Virus record (IMG/VR): IMGVR_UViG_3300046171_000231 | Location: 1 to 64,000 of that record | Strand: one strand, 5' to 3' | DNA: 64,000 bases | Part shown: positions 59,771 through 64,000 of the stretch, one piece after another | Numbering within the stretch: position 1 is the stretch's first letter | Layout of the letters: every line of letters begins with the position of its first letter | Notes under the pieces: generated by a model | The model's input: the letters and a program-made list of their open reading frames with translations, nothing else | Told to the model about the DNA's origin: nothing | The model's database searches: none | Made by a program: the position numbers and the translations under genes

Positions 59771-60169
59771 TTATGTGAGGTTGAAACCGATAGTATGTTT
59801 AGTACCACTACGATCTTGTACAGACATAGTTCTTCCATGTAAATCAAGAGTTTGTGCTCCTGATCTTGCACCCACCGTTAGAGTTTTTAATGGTGTTGTA
59901 TTTGTCGTGGCGAGAACTACACAAAAAAAGTTAGCACCAGACTGTGGTGCTGATGCAAAAGTTATTTGGTCATCATTAATCGTAAATGAAGTGAGTGGTT
60001 CTTGAATAACACCACCTAATGATACAAGCAAAGTATATGGATTACCAGGAAAAAATGCCTGACCACCAATCGTCAAGTTAAAGATAGTTTTACTATTATT
60101 AAATTGTAAACTTACATCATCAAGTTTCGCAAACGCACCTGACGATTGTTGACGACCAATATATGCCAT
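59771..60169 (-). CDS. virion structural protein (MAYIGR... fibre/baseplate anchor type, 132 aa)
   Basis: Shares YIGR...LDDIS..F and LGGVIQ.P motifs with the 55568 fibre N-terminus. Confidence 0.75.
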   Translation of the reverse strand: MAYIGRQQSSGAFAKLDDVSLQFNNSKTIFNLTIGGQAFFPGNPYTLLVSLGGVIQEPLTSFTINDDQITFASAPQSGANFFCVVLATTNTTPLKTLTVGARSGAQTLDLHGRTMSVQDRSGTKHTIGFNLT

Positions 60170-60199
60170 CTAAATTTTAATCTTTTTTTCTATTTATAA

Positions 60200-60412
60200 T
60201 CAAGATTCAACTGGTTCTGCAGGAGCAACCTCTGGTGCTTCCTCTGTAGGCAATTCTACACCAGTTTGTTGTAGATATTCAATGATACCTTGAAGTTTCA
60301 AAAGCATATCTCTTTTTGATTTTGCTTGTCCTTCAAGTTGATTTATTTCATTCACAAGACCTTGTGCTTGCTCTGTTACAGACTTTAAATGATTTTGTTG
60401 ATCAGTTGCCAT
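60200..60412 (-). CDS. small coiled-coil protein (70 aa)
   Basis: Directly behind a consensus sigma70 promoter. Confidence 0.75.
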   Translation of the reverse strand: MATDQQNHLKSVTEQAQGLVNEINQLEGQAKSKRDMLLKLQGIIEYLQQTGVELPTEEAPEVAPAEPVES

Positions 60413-60434
60413 TACTAAAAATATATTTGACTTT

Positions 60435-60463
60435 ATTATATATCAGAGTTTTCAAAGTGTCAA
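60435..60463 (-). promoter_or_regulatory. perfect sigma70 promoter TTGACA-17-TATAAT
   Basis: -35 60458-60463, -10 60435-60440. Confidence 0.85.
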
Positions 60464-60470
60464 GTGACGG

Positions 60471-60992
60471 TTAACCTGATACTTCCATAACAGTTAATGT
60501 TGAAATTGTATTCCAAGTAGAATCACCAGGTAATCTATTAATCCAAAGAGTTCCAGAATTAGTAAATCCAGTAACTTTATATGTGATTGCACTAGTGGTT
60601 GCAGGACTGTCTAAAACATTCATTGATGCTGGAATACCCATAGAAGTGTTATTAGAATTATAAAAAACAGTTCCACCCATTCTACTATCAGAGTTAGCAG
60701 CAGTTAGTGTTATATCAGTTGAATCTCTGTAAATACGGAAAGTATTGGCAGCATTACCAGTAGTACCATGACATCCGATATGCATTTGAACTAAAAATTT
60801 ACTATCAGATCTTGTAGGTGTGATTGAAACACTAAGTCCCGTAATGTCAACAACCCAAGTATATGGTGAACCTTGAGAAGCAATTGATTGAGTATCATTT
60901 TTTATAGCATATTTTATTTGAATGATACCACCAGAACTACCAGAAGGCAATCCATCTCTTGGAACGATTCGATTAGTTCTTAATTCTGACAT
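60471..60992 (-). CDS. small fibre-like beta protein (paralog array)
   Basis: MSELRTNRIVP...GGIIQ...LDSPATTSAITY...MEV; TAATG overlap supports start at 60992. Confidence 0.8.
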   Translation of the reverse strand: MSELRTNRIVPRDGLPSGSSGGIIQIKYAIKNDTQSIASQGSPYTWVVDITGLSVSITPTRSDSKFLVQMHIGCHGTTGNAANTFRIYRDSTDITLTAANSDSRMGGTVFYNSNNTSMGIPASMNVLDSPATTSAITYKVTGFTNSGTLWINRLPGDSTWNTISTLTVMEVSG

Positions 60993-61459
60993 TATGCTGA
61001 TACCTCCATTACAGTTAAAAAAGAAGTACAAGGCCCAGAACCATAGTAATTATTAATCACATAATTACCAGTATTACAGGCAGTTTGTACACCATAAGTA
61101 ACTGCACTAGTCGTTGCAGGTGAGTCTAGATATGAAAAAGTACAATAACCACCGTGAGCAGAGTCTCCTCTAAATCCACCTTTATTATTAAACATCGCTG
61201 TTCCATTCCTTGTCAATTCAATACCAATTATATTTGAAGATCTACATTCAACAGATATATTCACAGTAACCAACATTTTACTTGTATTAAATTTTGGTGT
61301 CATAACAACAGTCCATCCACTAATTGCAGCCATTGTTGTATTACTCAAAGATGGATGAGTGTTGTATGATGATTGCTTTATCTGTATAATGCCTCCACCA
61401 CCACCAGTGGGAACACCATCGGTTGGAACTATTTTATCTACTCTTAATTCTGATGCCAT
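60992..61459 (-). CDS. small fibre-like beta protein (paralog array)
   Basis: MASELRVDKIVP...GGIIQ...LDSPATTSAVTY...MEV. Confidence 0.8.
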   Translation of the reverse strand: MASELRVDKIVPTDGVPTGGGGGIIQIKQSSYNTHPSLSNTTMAAISGWTVVMTPKFNTSKMLVTVNISVECRSSNIIGIELTRNGTAMFNNKGGFRGDSAHGGYCTFSYLDSPATTSAVTYGVQTACNTGNYVINNYYGSGPCTSFLTVMEVSA

Positions 61460-61481
61460 AATATTTTTCTTTTATTTATAG

Positions 61482-61997
61482 TTACTGTTTAATTTCTGTA
61501 ATCTCAAAAATACTAGTAGTAGCATTGCCATAAGTATGCCACCATACCACTGCACTACCTCCATCATTCTTATATCCTTGAAGTTTATATGTATATGTGC
61601 TGGTATTACCTTGAACCCACTGATGTGACCAAGCAAATCGACTTGGTAATGCATCTGCAGTATCAGGTTGTACTTGTTTACCAGTCCTTTCAATTTCAGT
61701 ATCACTACCACCACTTGGTTGATAAGCATATCTGAAATAAAAATGAGCACCAGATTGTGCACCAACCGAGTAATTCATGTACATATTGATTATCGAGTTT
61801 GAATATAATGGTGTGAAAGATACTGTATTCACATCATCCCAACCACCATTTGAATTTCGGGATATATCAGTTGTACCTGCGTTACCACCTCTTTCAACCT
61901 TAACTCTTTGAATTACAGCACCTTTACAACCACTACCTTCGGGTAGTGTTAATTTTGAACCAGTTATTGTTCCATCTGCGTGAAATGTGATTGACAT
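61482..61997 (-). CDS. small fibre-like beta protein (paralog array)
   Basis: GAVIQ...SFTP..S.I...TY.LQ...I.EI. Confidence 0.75.
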   Translation of the reverse strand: MSITFHADGTITGSKLTLPEGSGCKGAVIQRVKVERGGNAGTTDISRNSNGGWDDVNTVSFTPLYSNSIINMYMNYSVGAQSGAHFYFRYAYQPSGGSDTEIERTGKQVQPDTADALPSRFAWSHQWVQGNTSTYTYKLQGYKNDGGSAVVWWHTYGNATTSIFEITEIKQ

Positions 61998-62004
61998 AAT
62001 TCTC

Positions 62005-62301
62005 CTATACGATTACCCAAGTACCGTCAAGGGTCATCACTGTGTTAAGTGATACAGGTCCTGCATTCAATGCATTTACACCAGTAGTTATATAATAACC
62101 ACCCGAACGACTTAAATTATTACTGAATAATAATGAACCATCACCAATATACAAACCGACTAATGAACTTGCAGCACCGACTAAAGTGGTGTTCAATTCT
62201 AAATCGTTGGTTGCAATACCGACTGTTCCTTTATTATCTACAACAAGTCCATCTCCTGTGGAGTTAAGGTGTTGTACTTTGTTTACTTTTAATGTGCTCA
62301 T
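62005..62301 (-). CDS. small structural protein ending NA..AGP.....W.IV
   Basis: Same C-terminal motif as the ORF at 63613. Confidence 0.75.
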   Translation of the reverse strand: MSTLKVNKVQHLNSTGDGLVVDNKGTVGIATNDLELNTTLVGAASSLVGLYIGDGSLLFSNNLSRSGGYYITTGVNALNAGPVSLNTVMTLDGTWVIV

Positions 62302-62982
62302 GATTAACTTGTGCTGTATGCAGTAAAACTGTAACGACCAGTTGCAAAATTAACTCCTGCCCATCCATAAAATCTAATGGTAGTTAGATTATTTCCAGAT
62401 AAGTCCAAAGCACACATTGCTTTTAAGTAACCTGTTTGAGTGCGTCTATGTGAATCTATCTGAACTATCCAGTAGTTAGTAGCAGAAGAAGACTCAAAAG
62501 AAGCAAATACTTCTCCTGTGTCACTGGAGGCATTTAAATTATAATATCCAAATCGTATTTCATTCTGAGCAGTTTGATATCTTCCTGCAGTACTACCCCC
62601 ATATGAAACTTCAGTAAAATTATATTTACCACCAGAGGTAATCATTCCAGCAGTTGTTCCTACCTGAAAAGAAGGAGTTCCACTGGCACTCATTGATATA
62701 TTATGTCCAACAAAATCAACTTTATAACAATTAGCTGGTAATGTAAAGTCATAAGAACTACCACCACTAATATCAGCATTAACGGATCTTGTTACTATTA
62801 AATTACCTTGCGTATTTGAAACTGAGGCAAAACTAAGTGCACCACTGCCATCCGTGACCATAGCTTGCCCAGAAGCTCCCGTCGGCACCAGGTAACTTGA
62901 AAGTTTTACTTGCAGCTAAAGTATCAGGTGTTGTTAACTTGACCTTATTACCATTTGAATGTGTAAGATTTAGTTCGCTCAT
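62298..62982 (-). CDS. small fibre-like protein, frameshift near 62880
   Basis: MSELNLTHSNG...LP continues into the 62304-62888 frame. Confidence 0.65.
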
Positions 62983-63590
62983 CCTTTAACCTCCATGGCT
63001 GTAATGTAACTTATATGACTGTTATCATTATCCCCATTTTCATTACCGTTTTGTTGACGATTTAAAGCTATAGAAGTGTTAGTAGCCATCGCAGTAATTT
63101 TATAAGTATGCGAACTTGTATCACCAGCCGTTTCCATATAAAAAACTGGAGTAGTTTGAGTATCCCAAGCACTTCTACCACAAGAAAGTCCAGATGTAGA
63201 CCTTGTAGCACTACCTACGGATTGACCAATAGCACCTGAAAGAACACTACCATCTTTATAAAGAAATACATGAACGTCACCTCCACTACCTTCTCCAATA
63301 CTAATAGTACCCATTATAAGTATTTTATTACTAGCACTAGATGCTTGTATAGCTACTTCTGGTCCACTAGTAAATTGATCGGCAAGTTTTTGTTCTTGAC
63401 TGTTTTCTATACCGCCTTGTACTTGAATTATTGAACCAGAGGGCAATGCAGAAGACGTTATCGCACCACTTGATAACTTTGCACTTGTTACTGCATTTGA
63501 TGCTAATGTATCTGCATCCACAGATCCATCTGGCAGTCCACCGACTGCTAATCCTGTTATACTTCCGTCTCCGTTAATAGTTACTGGCAT
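62979..63590 (-). CDS. small fibre-like beta protein (paralog array, 203 aa)
   Basis: MPVTINGDGSITG...GSIIQV...SNKIL...TYK...MEV. Confidence 0.8.
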   Translation of the reverse strand: MPVTINGDGSITGLAVGGLPDGSVDADTLASNAVTSAKLSSGAITSSALPSGSIIQVQGGIENSQEQKLADQFTSGPEVAIQASSASNKILIMGTISIGEGSGGDVHVFLYKDGSVLSGAIGQSVGSATRSTSGLSCGRSAWDTQTTPVFYMETAGDTSSHTYKITAMATNTSIALNRQQNGNENGDNDNSHISYITAMEVKG

Positions 63591-63612
63591 AAGATTATTT
63601 CCTCATCAATAT

Positions 63613-64000
63613 TTATACGATAGTCCAAGAACATCCTGATGGAACAGTGACTGCAATTCCAGCATTAATTGCAATTGGTCCTGCACTCATCGCATTCTTT
63701 GTTGAAGTAACTTGATAGTTGACTGCCACTGCCTTATCATTTTCAAAGAAGACCGTGTTTGTTGATGCACCACCAACAGGAGCACCAGCAGGTAGATTTG
63801 ATAAACTTGAACCATCACCACTGAAAGATGTTGCAGTTAATATTCCAGTTACGACAGCTCCCGTTTGTGTGGTTTCAAATTTCTTGGCATTATCCCAGTA
63901 CAATTCTACACCACTGTCAGGTAATACTTTTAATCCAACATCGGTATCTTTGGGCTTTATAATTATAGGTACTGCACCATTACTCTGTAAAATATTCTCA
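63613..64000 (-). CDS. tail fibre-type protein, 3' part (5' end outside window)
   Basis: KKFET...G..VTGILTATSFSGDGS.L; VFFEND...NAMSAGP...W.IV. Confidence 0.75.
   Translation of the reverse strand, partial: ENILQSNGAVPIIIKPKDTDVGLKVLPDSGVELYWDNAKKFETTQTGAVVTGILTATSFSGDGSSLSNLPAGAPVGGASTNTVFFENDKAVAVNYQVTSTKNAMSAGPIAINAGIAVTVPSGCSWTIV

Noticed and set aside
21744-63903. Numerous antisense or alternate-frame ORFs in the track (e.g. 22823-23314, 24293-24658, 25550-26890, 36822-37235, 56128-56449)
   Set aside because: Shadow ORFs of long Gly/Thr/Ser-rich structural genes; no independent motifs or expression signals
52306-64000. Diversity-generating retroelement or invertase shufflon acting on fibres
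   Set aside because: No reverse transcriptase or recombinase, no adenine-specific TR/VR pair, and no inverted crossover sites seen

Overview
A 64 kb segment of an AT-rich T4-like marine cyanomyovirus genome (Prochlorococcus/Synechococcus phage type). No tRNA, rRNA, CRISPR array or transposase was seen. Layout, left to right: (1) ~1.1 kb mostly non-coding, with six exact TCTCGACTAG repeats. (2) ~1.1-17.1 kb, a minus-strand hypervariable early region of small ORFs behind host-type sigma70 promoters. It holds two REase-MTase pairs, an orphan adenine MTase, CP12, a ligase-motif protein, a structured-RNA candidate and an SF2 helicase. (3) 17.1-21.7 kb, 2OG-Fe(II) oxygenases and a flavin-dependent halogenase. 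(4) 21.7-43.7 kb, tail-fibre/baseplate genes (gp5, gp51, gp26, gp4, gp2, gp48, gp53). (5) 43.7-52.2 kb, replication/AMG core (gp32, gp59, gp33, exonuclease, phoH, thyX, glutaredoxin) with tandem glutamine-riboswitch-like aptamers. (6) 52.3-64 kb, long tail fibres and an array of paralogous small fibre-like genes. Strongest new-looking signals: a glutamine aptamer whose variable P2 loop holds a complete 64-codon ORF, with start and stop codons in the two strands of the closing helix, next to a second aptamer, a DUF4278-type peptide and a TGTA-N8-TACA (NtcA-type) box; a GACAGT-N6-ACTGTC palindrome at fixed distance from seven early promoters; and a multibranch RNA with a T-loop-like hairpin at 9377-9478. 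Many conserved genes carry single-base indels, probably sequencing errors. Family assignments come from motif recognition, not database searches.
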